From Minisyncoccota bacterium (GTDB taxonomy: Bacteria > Patescibacteriota > Minisyncoccia > Phycocordibacterales > JABAAK01): a stretch of DNA of 64,000 nt. Both the position numbers and the translations under genes were made by a program. The stretch is from assembly GCA_965204115.1 (NCBI GenBank), contig OZ241963.1, forward strand, positions 233,293-297,292, given 5' to 3'. Below the pieces are notes generated by a model. It had not been told where the DNA came from. It did not search any database and saw nothing but the letters and a program-made list of their open reading frames with translations. Below are positions 37,417-48,636 of this stretch, piece by piece. The number at the start of each line of letters is the position of its first letter. Within the stretch, counting starts at the first letter, position 1.

Positions 37417-38760
37417 CTACTTAAACAAATTTTCTATAACCCTTGTTTCCTGCCTCGTGGTGCGGACTCCGATGATCACATTCTTCAGTGCGGTGAGTAT
37501 GGCTGCTCGTTTCTCCGGCACAAGGGGTATATTCCTGCCGGCAAAGAGGGCGTTAAGGAACACTTCTTCTGTTGCGGTTATGGTGTTGAAGAATGCCTCT
37601 ATGTTCCTGACTTCCCCGTCTGTGTTCGCCAGCGCGGTTCTTGTTTCGCGGTCAAAGCCGTTGATCGGCGGCGGCATGGCGATTGCGTTAAAAATCTCCA
37701 AAGGAAATTGTTGCAGCACCGCTGCCATATCAAACACAACCTGATGTGCCGATGCAGCGCGCGTGCCTTTCCATGGGATGGCAAGGGTGTATATTTTTGT
37801 CGGTACGACTGTCGTGCTGTCGGCGGCGAGCTGCGGTAATGGTGCGGCCTGCATGACAACGTTTGGGTTCGCCCGCTGCAGGTCCCGGTACTCACTGACA
37901 AACCCCGGGTAAAAGAGCAGTTTGTTTCCGATAAACATACTTCGCGCCGGCAATAGGGATTCACTCCATGTCTGCACCGGTGATCGGAGTGAGGCGAAGT
38001 TGGTGTAGAACGAGATGAGGTCTGTCGTCGGTGGTGCCGCGCCGCCGAATTCTCGCGCTTGCAGCATCAGTGCTGCGAACAGATACGGTGCATTGGCATA
38101 ATTACCGTATGCCCCGAACGGGATAATCGCTTTGTCGCTTTCTCGGTATGCCTTTGCGATGTCTTGATACTCTCTTTCAGTGAAATCTTTCCACACCGTC
38201 GGCAGTTGGCGCAGGTCATGCTGCCGGCGCAGACCTTCATTGTAGTAGAGCACTAAACTGTCTGCCAATATCGGCAGTGCGATATACCCGCCCGACCGCA
38301 AAAAGATATCCGCTGTTTGTATAAACATATACTGATAATCTGCGACGGTCGTAACCGGGTAGTGTCCGAACGGAATGATTCTCAGTGCGGCCGCGTTCTC
38401 AAACGCGGGTATTTCAGCTGACTCCAGCAGCAGCAAGTCAGGTACCCGCTCGTCATAGGCAACTGCCCGGGCAAACTCACCTTCTATGGTGTCGGCATTT
38501 TTTTCTTCATAGCGGATGGTATCATACCCTTTGTCCACCCCGCCCCGCAAGTTTCTAAAGATAAGGTTTGCTTTGTCGGCGTCCAGTGTTCCCCACACAA
38601 CTATCTCAATTTTTTCCCGCCCTTGTGACGAACCGGACCCTGTGGATGGTGATTGTTTATTCTTTGCCAGCAAGCCGTACAGCGCTAAGCTGCCGAAACC
38701 GACAAGGATAAGAAAGCCGAATACAGCGTAGATAATAATTTGAAAATTTTGCTTGTTCAT
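37417..38760 (-). CDS. extracellular solute-binding protein (ABC family 1-like)
   Basis: N-terminal TM, IVVWGT, ALPILADSLVLYYN, APLPQ. Confidence 0.75.
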   Translation of the reverse strand: MNKQNFQIIIYAVFGFLILVGFGSLALYGLLAKNKQSPSTGSGSSQGREKIEIVVWGTLDADKANLIFRNLRGGVDKGYDTIRYEEKNADTIEGEFARAVAYDERVPDLLLLESAEIPAFENAAALRIIPFGHYPVTTVADYQYMFIQTADIFLRSGGYIALPILADSLVLYYNEGLRRQHDLRQLPTVWKDFTEREYQDIAKAYRESDKAIIPFGAYGNYANAPYLFAALMLQAREFGGAAPPTTDLISFYTNFASLRSPVQTWSESLLPARSMFIGNKLLFYPGFVSEYRDLQRANPNVVMQAAPLPQLAADSTTVVPTKIYTLAIPWKGTRAASAHQVVFDMAAVLQQFPLEIFNAIAMPPPINGFDRETRTALANTDGEVRNIEAFFNTITATEEVFLNALFAGRNIPLVPEKRAAILTALKNVIIGVRTTRQETRVIENLFK

Positions 38761-38773
38761 ACGCTCCTGACAA

Positions 38774-41221
38774 TCACTGCACCATAGTGCTTGCTGTCAG
38801 TATATCATCCCCTTTTAGTTTCATAACCCGCACTCCCTGCGTCTGTCGCCCGCGATCAGGTATTTCATCCGTTGCCATCCGTACTATCTGCCCTTTTTTT
38901 GACATGGTTATGAGCTCATCATTTGATTCTTCCAAGAGTATGTGGATACCGACAACTTTGCCGGTCTTTGTGGTTACCTCGGCAGCTTTAATGCCGCTTC
39001 CGCCCCGTTTCTGTATTTTAAATGATCCCACTTTCGTCTGCTTGCCGTACCCTTTTTCGCTGATGGTCAGCAGGCGTCCGGTCGCTTTTGCGTTTTCCTG
39101 TATCACTAATGCGCCGATGACATGGTCGTCTTTTCCGAGTCGTATTCCGCGTACCCCTTTTGCGGATCGTCCGGATGCCCGCACCTCTTTTGCGGTAAAT
39201 CGAATCGCCTTGCCGTCCCGACTTACCAGAATAATCGTGTCCTCATTCGCACAGAACATCGTATTTACCAATTGATCTCCTCTATCAAGGGATACGGCGA
39301 TGATGCCGGTTTTGCGGATATTTTCAAACTGATCTATCGCGACTTTTTTTATCGTGCCGTTTTGTGTGACAAAGAAGAGGTATGAATTTTTCTTCGTGCC
39401 TTGTGCCACCGGCACAATAGAAGTTACCCGCTCGTCTGCGTCTACCGCTATGAAGTTAACGAGCGCGCGTCCGGTGCTTGTCCGTTTTGCCTCCGGTATC
39501 TCGTATGCTTTCAGCTGGTATACTTTCCCCTTATCGGTGAAAAAGTAGAGCATGTCGTGTGAGCTGGCAGCGGTGGAAATGGTAGTGAAATCCTCTTCTT
39601 TGAGCTCCGCCCCTTTGGTGCCGACACCGCCCCGCCGCTGTCGCTTATACTCATCGTTTGTTGTGCGCTTGATGTACCCGCCGCCGGTGATCATGATGAC
39701 GCATTGTTTTTCGGGAATGAGATCTTCATTGGAAACCGCGTTGTGTGCCTGACTCACAATTTTTGTGCGACGGTCATCCCCGAACAACTCTCGCGCTTCC
39801 TGTATTCCCTTTTTCACCTCCTCGTCAATCTTTTTCTTGCTCTGCAGGATGCCCTCCAGTCGCTTAATGGTTTTCTGCAGTGCTTCCAGTTCATCTTCTA
39901 CTTTTTTCCGTTCCAGCCCTGCTAATTTTTGTAATCGCATCTCCAAAATAGCGTTTGCCTGCACTTCAGAAAACTTGAATGCCTGCATCAGTGCTTTTCG
40001 CGCATCGCTTACTTCCCGCGATTTTCGGATAAGTGCGATAATTTTATCTATGTGGTCTAACGCTTTCTTCAGCCCTTCCACAATATGTGCGCGCTCTTTT
40101 GCCCGAGCAAGATCAAACTTAATTGCCCGTTCAATAATTACCCGCCGGTGATCTATGTAGGCCTGCAGGAGTTGATGCAGAGTCAGGGTCTGCGGCACGC
40201 CGTCAAGCAGTCCGACAATGTTGTAGTGATAGGTTTCCTCAAGCTGCGTATGTTTGTACAGCGCGTTCTGAAGCCGGTGTGGCTGTGCGTTTGACTTTAA
40301 TTCGATAACAATCCGTATATCATCTGTTGATTCATCGCGCAGGTCTTTAATGCCTTCTATTTTTTTGTTGCGCACCAGTTCGCCGATCTTCTCAATTAGC
40401 CGCGCTTTGTTCACCCGATATGGAATGGAGCTGATGACTAACCGCACACTTCTCTTATCTTCTACAATTTCAACTTCACCCCGCACCAGCACACCACCGC
40501 GTCCGGTCGCGTACGCTTGCGCTATCGCGTTGGTATCGTAGGCAATCGCGCCCATCGGAAAGTCGGGTCCCTTGATGTGCTGCAAGAGGTCTCCTGTGGC
40601 GGCATCAGGATTTTCAATGAGATGCGTGAGCGCGTCACACACCTCCCGCAGGTTGTGCGGCGGAATGTCGGTTGCCATACCGACGGCGATACCGAGTGTT
40701 CCATTCACCAATAGGTTCGGCACTCGGGCCGGCAGTACGGTCGGCTCTTCAATGGTGTTTTCATAGTTTGGAGCAAAGCTCACGGTTTTCTTTTCAATAT
40801 CTTCCAGCATTTTTTCCGCGTATGCGGACATTTTTGCCTCGGTGTACCGTTCTGCGGCGGGCGGATCGCCATCTATGGAACCAAAGTTCCCCTGCCCGGT
40901 AACCAGCGGATATCGCGTGACAAATTCCTGGGTCATTTTTGCCATTGCTTCGTACACCGCCAGGTTGCCGTGCGGATGGTACTTACCAAGTGTCTCACCG
41001 ACCACCGTCGCAGATTTACGGGTCTTCGCAGAATTTCGCAATCCCATACCGAACATCGCGTAGAGGATGCGCCGCTGTACCGGCTTGAGGCCGTCCCGTA
41101 CATCAGGCAGCGCCCGTGCTGTGATGACAGACATCGCATAGTCCAGATACGCACTGCGCATCTCTTCGGTAATATCCTTACTAAAAATCTTTGACGGCTG
41201 CTTTGCGGTGTCCTCTGCCAT
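38774..41221 (-). CDS. gyrA: DNA gyrase subunit A
   Basis: [36 protein letters not shown] GyrA box. Confidence 0.97.
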   Translation of the reverse strand: MAEDTAKQPSKIFSKDITEEMRSAYLDYAMSVITARALPDVRDGLKPVQRRILYAMFGMGLRNSAKTRKSATVVGETLGKYHPHGNLAVYEAMAKMTQEFVTRYPLVTGQGNFGSIDGDPPAAERYTEAKMSAYAEKMLEDIEKKTVSFAPNYENTIEEPTVLPARVPNLLVNGTLGIAVGMATDIPPHNLREVCDALTHLIENPDAATGDLLQHIKGPDFPMGAIAYDTNAIAQAYATGRGGVLVRGEVEIVEDKRSVRLVISSIPYRVNKARLIEKIGELVRNKKIEGIKDLRDESTDDIRIVIELKSNAQPHRLQNALYKHTQLEETYHYNIVGLLDGVPQTLTLHQLLQAYIDHRRVIIERAIKFDLARAKERAHIVEGLKKALDHIDKIIALIRKSREVSDARKALMQAFKFSEVQANAILEMRLQKLAGLERKKVEDELEALQKTIKRLEGILQSKKKIDEEVKKGIQEARELFGDDRRTKIVSQAHNAVSNEDLIPEKQCVIMITGGGYIKRTTNDEYKRQRRGGVGTKGAELKEEDFTTISTAASSHDMLYFFTDKGKVYQLKAYEIPEAKRTSTGRALVNFIAVDADERVTSIVPVAQGTKKNSYLFFVTQNGTIKKVAIDQFENIRKTGIIAVSLDRGDQLVNTMFCANEDTIILVSRDGKAIRFTAKEVRASGRSAKGVRGIRLGKDDHVIGALVIQENAKATGRLLTISEKGYGKQTKVGSFKIQKRGGSGIKAAEVTTKTGKVVGIHILLEESNDELITMSKKGQIVRMATDEIPDRGRQTQGVRVMKLKGDDILTASTMVQ

Positions 41222-41242
41222 ATACCTTGTTAGTATAGCATG

Positions 41243-41428
41243 TTATCCGTTCGGCACGATGTCCTGCTGTGTCTCTTGTGCCTCTTTTTCAAACAGCAGC
41301 GCGGGTTGATACAGGAAGAGGGCGATCGGTATCCATATCACGCATACGACAATGCAGGTAATAAGGGTGCGCCGCTTCTTTTTTTCGTTTCGTTCTTTTT
41401 GCTGTTGGAGAAACTCTTCGGGGTGCAT
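41243..41428 (-). CDS. small single-TM protein
   Basis: 61 aa, basic patch then TM. Confidence 0.5.
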   Translation of the reverse strand: MHPEEFLQQQKERNEKKKRRTLITCIVVCVIWIPIALFLYQPALLFEKEAQETQQDIVPNG

Positions 41429-41449
41429 AGCACCCTCTATTGTATCTCA

Positions 41450-42055
41450 TTATATGAAGAGAATAACGCTCGCCTTCCCTTCCAGCAGTGTCTTTTTCTT
41501 GAGTACATACTTACCGGCTATTTCTTCGGTGGCACCGAACTCTTTCGCCAGCTTTTTTTTCAGCGTGTCATTGTCGCCAATCGGGACGATGCGCTGCGCC
41601 TGTGCCTCGGCAGCGATGCCGGCAATACCGGTCGCGTCTAATCGTTTGTCTTTTGTTGTGCCGCAAAATACAATCAGCACATCAATATCGTTGACCTCGG
41701 AGACCACCTGCATTGCCTCTTTCCGTTCGGCGATATCACCCAATATCAATACCCGCATACCTTCTGCGTCAATGCACCACGAGGTTGTTTGCACGCGCAT
41801 TCCCTGCACAGTCGTTTCGGTACCGAACCCTCGGATGTAGATACTATCTTTCTCGTACTCACCGGCAGTGCGGAAATGCGCCTGCTCCTCGCCCTCTGTT
41901 GCGAATGCGCTCATCCAGCCACCAACCGGTACCGGGTAGGTGGAGAGGATGATGGTGGGCATTGACCCCTTATTGTTATCAGGAGGATTCACCGTAACAG
42001 TGCCTTCAGAAAATTTTAAAGCAACGCCGGTGGGGGCTGTCTGATGGATTTCCAT
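41450..42055 (-). CDS. degenerate MBL-fold metallo-hydrolase-like protein
   Basis: AGEYEKDSIYIRG, EGMRVLILGD and IVPI patterns; metal-binding histidines absent. Confidence 0.65.
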   Translation of the reverse strand: MEIHQTAPTGVALKFSEGTVTVNPPDNNKGSMPTIILSTYPVPVGGWMSAFATEGEEQAHFRTAGEYEKDSIYIRGFGTETTVQGMRVQTTSWCIDAEGMRVLILGDIAERKEAMQVVSEVNDIDVLIVFCGTTKDKRLDATGIAGIAAEAQAQRIVPIGDNDTLKKKLAKEFGATEEIAGKYVLKKKTLLEGKASVILFI

Positions 42056-42284
42056 ATCGTCAATAGTATAGTATCAGCATAGCACAGTTATTACAGAGCA
42101 TTACACACCTTACTACTCACACTATAGCAAATTTTTGCATATACGCAACCTTGACAGAGCAGCGAACATCTTACAGTTCTCTCGTACCGATGGTGTATGG
42201 GTTTCGTGATGGAAAAAATATGCGGTATACTATTTTCGACGGTTGTCGTCAAAATTATTATACTGATAAATCATAGAAACTATT

Positions 42285-43427
42285 ATGTCAACAGCAACTA
42301 CAACAAGCACAGAAAAAACAGTGGCGAAAACACCCGAGACCCACGGTGTCGGTGATGTTGTAGATGGGGTGGTTGTTGCTGTTGACCGATCAGTGGTGTA
42401 TGTGGACCTCTCCCCTATCGGTACCGGCATTATCTACGGCAGAGAGTTTTCTGTTGCGAAAGACATTCTGCGCAAGACCCATGTCGGTGATGCCATCTCG
42501 GCACAGATTATCGCACTGGAAACACCTGACGGCTATATTGACCTCTCGCTGAAAGAGGCGCGTAAGGCGTTCATCTGGAGTGAAGCAGAGGAGTCGCTGC
42601 AGAGTAAACGGGTTTACGAGGTGACGGTGAAAAATGCAAATCGTGGCGGTCTGGTGATAGAGTGGAATGGTGTCCGTGGCTTTCTGCCGGCTTCACAGCT
42701 CACGGAGGAAAAATATCCGAAGGTGTTGAGCCGTGATAAAGATAGCATTCTGAACGAGCTCAAAAAATTTGTGGATACTAAGTTGATGGTGACGATAGAG
42801 AGCGTTGATCAGGAAAATGATACCATTATTTTTTCAGAGCACAAAGATGGCGTGGCACAGAGCAAACCTGTTGGTGAATCAAAGCCGGCGAATGAGTACC
42901 GAGTTGGTGATGTTAAAAACGGTATTGTGACCGGTGTGGTTGACTTCGGTGTTTTTGTGACCATTGACAATGCAATTGAGGGGTTGGTACACATTTCTGA
43001 AATGGACTGGGGACTGGTTGATGATCCGAGAAAGTTCTGCACAGTCGGTAATCAGGTACAGGTAAAGATTATTGACATTGAGGACGATAAGTATTCGTTT
43101 TCATTCAAAGAGCTGCATAAGAATCCGTGGGAAGAGATTCACGAACGACATAAGACCGGTGATACCGTTTCCGGTGTGGTTATCAAGTACGGTGCGTTTG
43201 GTGCGTTTGCTTCGATCAAAGCCGGTGTATCGGGCTTGGTGCACATTTCAAACTTTGCCGACGAAGCTGATTTGCGCAACGCATTAGAAATCGGCAAGAC
43301 ATATGAATTTGTTATTACCAATCTTGAGCCGCGCGAACAAAAACTCACGCTTGTCCCTGAAGACCGTCATAATGCAGAAGCGGTGCCGAACAATCAATCA
43401 GCAGAAGTGTCTGACGCAGGAGCATAG
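42285..43427 (+). CDS. rpsA: 30S ribosomal protein S1
   Basis: Four S1 domains (GFLPASQL, FGVFV...EGLVHISE, FGAF...GLVHIS). Confidence 0.9.
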   Translation: MSTATTTSTEKTVAKTPETHGVGDVVDGVVVAVDRSVVYVDLSPIGTGIIYGREFSVAKDILRKTHVGDAISAQIIALETPDGYIDLSLKEARKAFIWSEAEESLQSKRVYEVTVKNANRGGLVIEWNGVRGFLPASQLTEEKYPKVLSRDKDSILNELKKFVDTKLMVTIESVDQENDTIIFSEHKDGVAQSKPVGESKPANEYRVGDVKNGIVTGVVDFGVFVTIDNAIEGLVHISEMDWGLVDDPRKFCTVGNQVQVKIIDIEDDKYSFSFKELHKNPWEEIHERHKTGDTVSGVVIKYGAFGAFASIKAGVSGLVHISNFADEADLRNALEIGKTYEFVITNLEPREQKLTLVPEDRHNAEAVPNNQSAEVSDAGA

Positions 43428-43975
43428 TCCGCCGCCGCTTTCTGTGTGTGCCGTGTTACTTGTGACGGCAACTGTTTGAGGATGATGTCCGGCAATAGTT
43501 TGTGGACGGTGCCGGTGATTGTCTGCATGTCAACAGTCGGCACCCTTTCTAGTACATACTCCTTGAGGTCACCGCTGTTCTTTCCGACCCCTATTCGCAA
43601 ACGAAAAAATGCGTTTGTCTCCAGCGTTTCGGCAACTGAGGCGACGCCATTATGTCCGCCCGGACTTTTGTTATATGATAGACGAATTTCACCGACCGGC
43701 AGCGCGATGTCATCGTGCACTACCACTAATCGCGTCGGGTCAATTTCCAGCAGTGCCTCCCGCATATCCTGCCCTGTTTCATTCATAAACCCATCAGACA
43801 CCATGCAGGCAACATGCTGCGGACCAAGCAGAAGTGAGGTGACCCGACCGCCGGCAACCTGGTGCCATGCACACTTGTCTTCGCACGCCAACCCCTCAAC
43901 CAGATCTTTTCCGACATTATGCCGCGTTCCCCGATATTTCGGTGGATTACCTAAGCCGAGAAACAAGAAGTCCAT
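43394..43975 (-). CDS. pth: peptidyl-tRNA hydrolase
   Basis: GLGNP, TRHNVG, FMNETG, VVHDD, GGHNG, RLRIGVG. Confidence 0.93.
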   Translation of the reverse strand: MDFLFLGLGNPPKYRGTRHNVGKDLVEGLACEDKCAWHQVAGGRVTSLLLGPQHVACMVSDGFMNETGQDMREALLEIDPTRLVVVHDDIALPVGEIRLSYNKSPGGHNGVASVAETLETNAFFRLRIGVGKNSGDLKEYVLERVPTVDMQTITGTVHKLLPDIILKQLPSQVTRHTQKAAADYAPASDTSAD

Positions 43976-44177
43976 ACACTGAATAGTATAGTATTCTTTT
44001 TACCCCTAACCTGCTGCTATGGCATCTGTATTGCCGATAGCACAATAACAATACCATCACCATGCTGATTTGTCATAAGTGAAGGCACTGTTTTTGCTCT
44101 ATGATGTTCCACAACTTGACAGAAGCGGCCATGTAGGGTGATTGTTGTGATATACTGGTATTTGTTTACTGGTGTAT

Positions 44178-44822
44178 ATGAACAAAGTAATACAAAACAA
44201 TGACACGGTAAAAAAAGTAAAACAGGAAAAGATGGATACAGCTCAGATGGTTGTTATGGCTGTTGGTATCTTGTCTGCGCTGTTTGTGTGGTTTTTTGGT
44301 TTCCGCCCTTTTTTGGTGAACGGTATATCAATGTACCCCTCTTTTAACGCTTCTTTTGCTGATACCACTAAGTCGTCGCTTATAGCGGGTGATTATCTTA
44401 TTATTGACGCATTTTCCTACCGTTTTTTGGAAGATCCGCAGCGGTTTGATGTCATAGTTGCAGAAAGCCCGATAGAGTCGGGAAAGCACCTTTTGAAGCG
44501 AATAATAGGGCTCCCGAACGAGCAAATCCACTTTTCTGATACGGCGATTGAAGTCACCGCTGCCGACAAAACCTCTTTTACCCTGGATGAGCCGTACCTC
44601 AATCGGGAACAATCGCCGTTGTATAAAAACCAGACCATACAACTCAATGAAGGTCAATACCTCATTCTCGGTGATAATCGAATGAACAGTTTGGACTCCC
44701 GAGCATGGGGGGCGCTGACAAAAGAGCGCATCATTGGTCGTGTTGTGCTGCGTCTGTATCCGTTTGATGAGGTGACGGTTCTGCCGGGAAGTGTTGACCA
44801 GAGTCCTTCTAATGTGTTATAA
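44178..44822 (+). CDS. lepB: signal peptidase I
   Basis: SMYP, KRIIGLP, GDNRMNSLDSR. Confidence 0.93.
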   Translation: MNKVIQNNDTVKKVKQEKMDTAQMVVMAVGILSALFVWFFGFRPFLVNGISMYPSFNASFADTTKSSLIAGDYLIIDAFSYRFLEDPQRFDVIVAESPIESGKHLLKRIIGLPNEQIHFSDTAIEVTAADKTSFTLDEPYLNREQSPLYKNQTIQLNEGQYLILGDNRMNSLDSRAWGALTKERIIGRVVLRLYPFDEVTVLPGSVDQSPSNVL

Positions 44823-44833
44823 TATATTGTATT

Positions 44834-46012
44834 ATGCGATCCTTTACTATCACACCTGAGAAATTTTTTGATAAGGCGCACAAGATCGCCGGTCTCTACG
44901 GTTTTGGACCGATCAATGAGGTGTTTAAGGATTACAAACAGATGAAACGCACAAAAATTACGGCGTATAAAAAGCCGGAGGATAAGCACTTGCAGCATCT
45001 TTCTGTCATACTGCGATTCTATTTTGAACGATCGCTCCATACCTACGAGTATGAGCCGATGTTCCTCTTCCACAGCAACATAGATAAAGAAACTAAATCA
45101 GCAATCACTACTTCAAAGAAACCATCAGACACCTATTTCACCCTGACAGTCGTCGGTGTGCGTGATCCGTATGCTGAAGCCCTGCTGCTTGCCTGCGCTA
45201 ATCACATATTCCGCGCGCTGAAGTCGGACACCCCGCTTATTCGTATCAATTCAATGGGTACTGCTGACGATTCGCGGCTCTACTTTACCAAGCTGGCAAA
45301 GACCTTGCGCAAAGTGCGGAGAAACATAGACCCCGAGTGTCAAAAACTCCTCCGGGAAGATAAGCTCTGCGAAGCACATCCATTACTGCATGATGCCGGG
45401 CATGCCGGTGTGTCGGAGTACATCACCCCGACCCTGCGGCTTCTTTCAGAGAAAGCGCGCCAACACTTTGAGCATGTCATAGAGTATCTGGAGGCACACC
45501 AGTTGCCATATGAGCTTGCGCCCGATGTGATTGAGTTGACCCGATACGGTGTCCACACTGCTTTTGAAATTAACGATGAGAACTCACTCCTCTATGCCCG
45601 TGGCGCACGCTACGACTCACTGCCCCACCATATTTATCGCCGCAGAATACCGACCACCTCTATCACTATTACTCTCCCGGCAAAAGCAGCCGGCAACCAT
45701 GAATCAAAATCTCGCCCGAAGCGGCCACGGGCGTTCTTTTTTCACACTGGGGAGACGGCGCGCCTTCGATCACTCAGGGTTATCTCTCAGCTATATGATG
45801 CAAACATCCCTGTCGCTCACCGCTTGCACTATGTCCGTGTTGCCGATCAGCTCAACGATGAGGCACGATCCTACCCCTACACCATCGTTTTTGGGCAGGA
45901 AGAGGCCGAAAATAATAGGGTTTGTATCCGAAAAACTGACACAAAAGCTTCCAGAATGGTAGATTTAACCGAGGAATCCCTTGAATCTGCCCGAGATTTC
46001 CTTAAAAAATAA
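44834..46012 (+). CDS. degenerate histidyl-tRNA synthetase-like protein
   Basis: YGF, LIRINSMG, GARYD and C-terminal anticodon-binding-like domain; class II motif 2 not recognisable. Confidence 0.65.
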   Translation: MRSFTITPEKFFDKAHKIAGLYGFGPINEVFKDYKQMKRTKITAYKKPEDKHLQHLSVILRFYFERSLHTYEYEPMFLFHSNIDKETKSAITTSKKPSDTYFTLTVVGVRDPYAEALLLACANHIFRALKSDTPLIRINSMGTADDSRLYFTKLAKTLRKVRRNIDPECQKLLREDKLCEAHPLLHDAGHAGVSEYITPTLRLLSEKARQHFEHVIEYLEAHQLPYELAPDVIELTRYGVHTAFEINDENSLLYARGARYDSLPHHIYRRRIPTTSITITLPAKAAGNHESKSRPKRPRAFFFHTGETARLRSLRVISQLYDANIPVAHRLHYVRVADQLNDEARSYPYTIVFGQEEAENNRVCIRKTDTKASRMVDLTEESLESARDFLKK

Positions 46013-46035
46013 GGGTTTTTTAGTAACAATAAAGG

Positions 46036-46064
46036 TTGCAGAATGCTTGTTTTTATGGTATAGT
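46036..46064 (+). promoter_or_regulatory. sigma70 promoter
   Basis: TTGCAG-17 nt-TATAGT with TG. Confidence 0.6.
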
Positions 46065-46186
46065 AGTAATATGTATAATTTGTAATAGGTGTTTTTCTTT
46101 AACACCTCGAACATTACAAATTATCAAAAAACTTGAAGAAAAAGTTTGAATTTCAACTTCCAAAACCCTTAAAGGAGGGTCTTACA

Positions 46187-47719
46187 ATGGAAATTAGAAA
46201 AGTTTTAGCAACCCTATGGCTCATTTCGATAGCGGTGGTGGCTTTATTTGTTTTTGACTACGAGCCTGTCACCCCCTTTTATGGACCCGTAACCACGCAA
46301 ACGCAACCTACCACTACCACCGAAACACCTGCGGCAGTGCCGCAAATGATTGTGGTTAACCAAAAGGCGATCGACGCGGCGAAGAGCTCTGCCCTTTACA
46401 CGCAGACACTTACTGCACTGATATTGCTGTTGGGCAGCGCGGTTTTGATGTTCGCTCGCAAGTATGAGCGTCCATTTATTCCGCGGCTTGCTGCCGGAGT
46501 GATCGGCATTGCGGCTTTGGGTTTTTCTGCCGGGCTGCTCGCAATGAGTTTGGTGCCCTCACAGGAGTTCCCCGCCTACATCGCTTTGCCTGCTATTTGT
46601 GCGGCGGCACTGGGGCCGGTGCTTGCTCTTCTTGCTCCGGGTCGGCAAACCATCGAGATGGTTGGCGAGGCCGCTGGGCAGATCAACGGCCTCGTAGCCG
46701 CCCAGAAAGAGGACAAGCAGAGGATTAAAGAGCTCGAAAAGGACTTGGGCGAGGAGCAATCTGCCCATGAAAAAACCTTTGAAGAGCTTGAAGCCGTGAC
46801 TGATGAAAGAGAATCTGCGGTTTCTGAGGTCTCTTCTCTGAAAGAGGATCTTGAGCTGGTGCAGGTTCGAGCCGCAAAGGCCGAGTTTACCTCGCTTGCC
46901 GGATCGGCACAGGTCGTCCTCGCGCAGAAGCAGTGTGAATATGATGAAGCCACTGATGTGCTTAGCCGTTTTGATGAAAACACTCCGGCGATTGCCGCTG
47001 GAAAACGAGCGAGCGTTAGTGAGCTCGCACTGCTTGCAAACAGGCTTTCCGATGTCGCAAGAGAGTCTGCGCAGAAGGTCGTCGTTTTGCAGTATGTTGC
47101 TCCAGGCAGCGATGAGCTTTCTTCTGCTGAAGCAACGGCGGCATCAGATAAGAAGGCAGCAGAGCGGGCAGTGGGTGTTGCCTACCTTGCTGACCTTGAT
47201 GCCCAGGCGGCAGAACGCCGAGCAAAACGCTTTGCTGAAGCACAGCGTCTCGCGCAGGACGCGACGGCAGCCCTTGAAGAGGCAAGGGTTGACGCAGTGG
47301 CCGAGGCCCGTCGATGTGAGATTGTTGCCAACGCTGAGATTAAGTTCTCTGAGGCAACGCGTTTGAGTGAGACCGCTGAAGCCCAAATCCGTGAAGCCAA
47401 GCGGATTATCTCACTGGTTAAAGTGGGCGAGACAGACGGGGCGGAATTGTACAGTCCGACATTGTCCATGCCACAGACGGACACGATTCATGTCGTCATG
47501 AAGGCCAGCGGAGGGTCGGACAGTGCACTTCATCGCACGATCGAGCCCGGAGAAGAGACTGCGGATGCGGTTGAAATACCGAAAAGGCTTAACATCACGT
47601 TGGAAGTCGTTGATGTGTCAATGGTCAACATGACCGACACCTATCGTCAGCGGCATGGGTTACCAGCCATCTTACCGCCTTATGGAGTGGGCGACGAATC
47701 AATTGTGACGATTAACTAA
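46187..47719 (+). CDS. multi-TM coiled-coil protein with C-terminal ASGGSDS domain
   Basis: AAGGAGG SD, four hydrophobic segments, Ala/Glu-rich coiled coil. Confidence 0.75.
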   Translation: MEIRKVLATLWLISIAVVALFVFDYEPVTPFYGPVTTQTQPTTTTETPAAVPQMIVVNQKAIDAAKSSALYTQTLTALILLLGSAVLMFARKYERPFIPRLAAGVIGIAALGFSAGLLAMSLVPSQEFPAYIALPAICAAALGPVLALLAPGRQTIEMVGEAAGQINGLVAAQKEDKQRIKELEKDLGEEQSAHEKTFEELEAVTDERESAVSEVSSLKEDLELVQVRAAKAEFTSLAGSAQVVLAQKQCEYDEATDVLSRFDENTPAIAAGKRASVSELALLANRLSDVARESAQKVVVLQYVAPGSDELSSAEATAASDKKAAERAVGVAYLADLDAQAAERRAKRFAEAQRLAQDATAALEEARVDAVAEARRCEIVANAEIKFSEATRLSETAEAQIREAKRIISLVKVGETDGAELYSPTLSMPQTDTIHVVMKASGGSDSALHRTIEPGEETADAVEIPKRLNITLEVVDVSMVNMTDTYRQRHGLPAILPPYGVGDESIVTIN

Positions 47720-47736
47720 ACTCTATTGAACTTTCT

Positions 47737-47765
47737 GAAGGAGGGACCTTGTCCCTCCTTCTTTT
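47737..47765 (+). terminator. intrinsic terminator
   Basis: GAAGGAGGGAC/GTCCCTCCTTC plus TTTT. Confidence 0.75.
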
Positions 47766-47911
47766 GTGTCTTATGAAAATTGACAATACAGGAAATTATG
47801 ATATTTCCTTATTTTGTTGCGAAATATAGTGTTTTATGGTATGATGTATGGTAAATGTACATTTCTCCGCTTGGAGAATTATTATGAATTCAGAGAAGAG
47901 AGGTATACACC

Positions 47912-48538
47912 ATGAACAAAGAACAGAGAGAAGCAGCGATTGATGTGATGGTTCCTGCCGTTCGGAATATGGTCAAAGATGTCGTCGATGGTATAGACAT
48001 TGGCGACGAGGAACTTGATCAGATGATTCGAGAAACCCTCCTTAATCTGGGCGAAAACGCTTCGGCCAGCGATGTGGCGGATGCGATGAAAAAACGCTTT
48101 GAGGAAGCTTTTCCGGGCGCCAAGATAAAGGATCCTGAGTCTGGGAACTCTCAACCGTCTGTTGTGTCTGTGCAGGAGGAGTCCGAGCAAGAATCTCCTG
48201 AAAGGCCTCAACTGCCCACTATTTCCTTAAAACGGGTTGGGGAGAATAAAAAGAAGGGAACAGTGCGTGTTGCCCTGGTACTGGAGGGGGACCCTTTGGA
48301 GTACGATGTTTTTGGCCGGGTGCAGGCAAGCGGGGGATCGGACTCACGCCCCGCACGCCGGATCAATGCCGGCTCTAACGAGTCCCATCCGATTTCTGTT
48401 CCGAAGGGACACGACATTCACCTTGAATTACTCGCCTACAATCAATGTAATTTTTCCCCGGATACTCGGAAGCAAGTTAGATCTCCGAAAAAGATTCCGA
48501 TTTACCGAATTGGGAAAAAACACCTGCACATTGAATAA
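47912..48538 (+). CDS. hypothetical protein with C-terminal ASGGSDS domain
   Basis: GAGG SD, TTGCGA-17-TATGAT promoter at 47817-47845; shares its C-terminal domain with the upstream gene. Confidence 0.75.
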   Translation: MNKEQREAAIDVMVPAVRNMVKDVVDGIDIGDEELDQMIRETLLNLGENASASDVADAMKKRFEEAFPGAKIKDPESGNSQPSVVSVQEESEQESPERPQLPTISLKRVGENKKKGTVRVALVLEGDPLEYDVFGRVQASGGSDSRPARRINAGSNESHPISVPKGHDIHLELLAYNQCNFSPDTRKQVRSPKKIPIYRIGKKHLHIE

Positions 48539-48566
48539 TATATCGGGGGCATAACTACTTAATACT

Positions 48567-48600
48567 AGGGAGGAACGCAGGTGTCCTCCCTTTTTCTTTT
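48567..48600 (+). terminator. intrinsic terminator
   Basis: AGGGAGGA/TCCTCCCT plus T-run. Confidence 0.7.
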
Positions 48601-48636
48601 GCATACACACATTTTTCCTGCTATACTATATACACT

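Noticed and set aside
43394-43427. Convergent rpsA/pth 3' overlap as a regulatory system
   Set aside because: Short tail-to-tail overlaps are common in compact genomes; nothing else supports a function.
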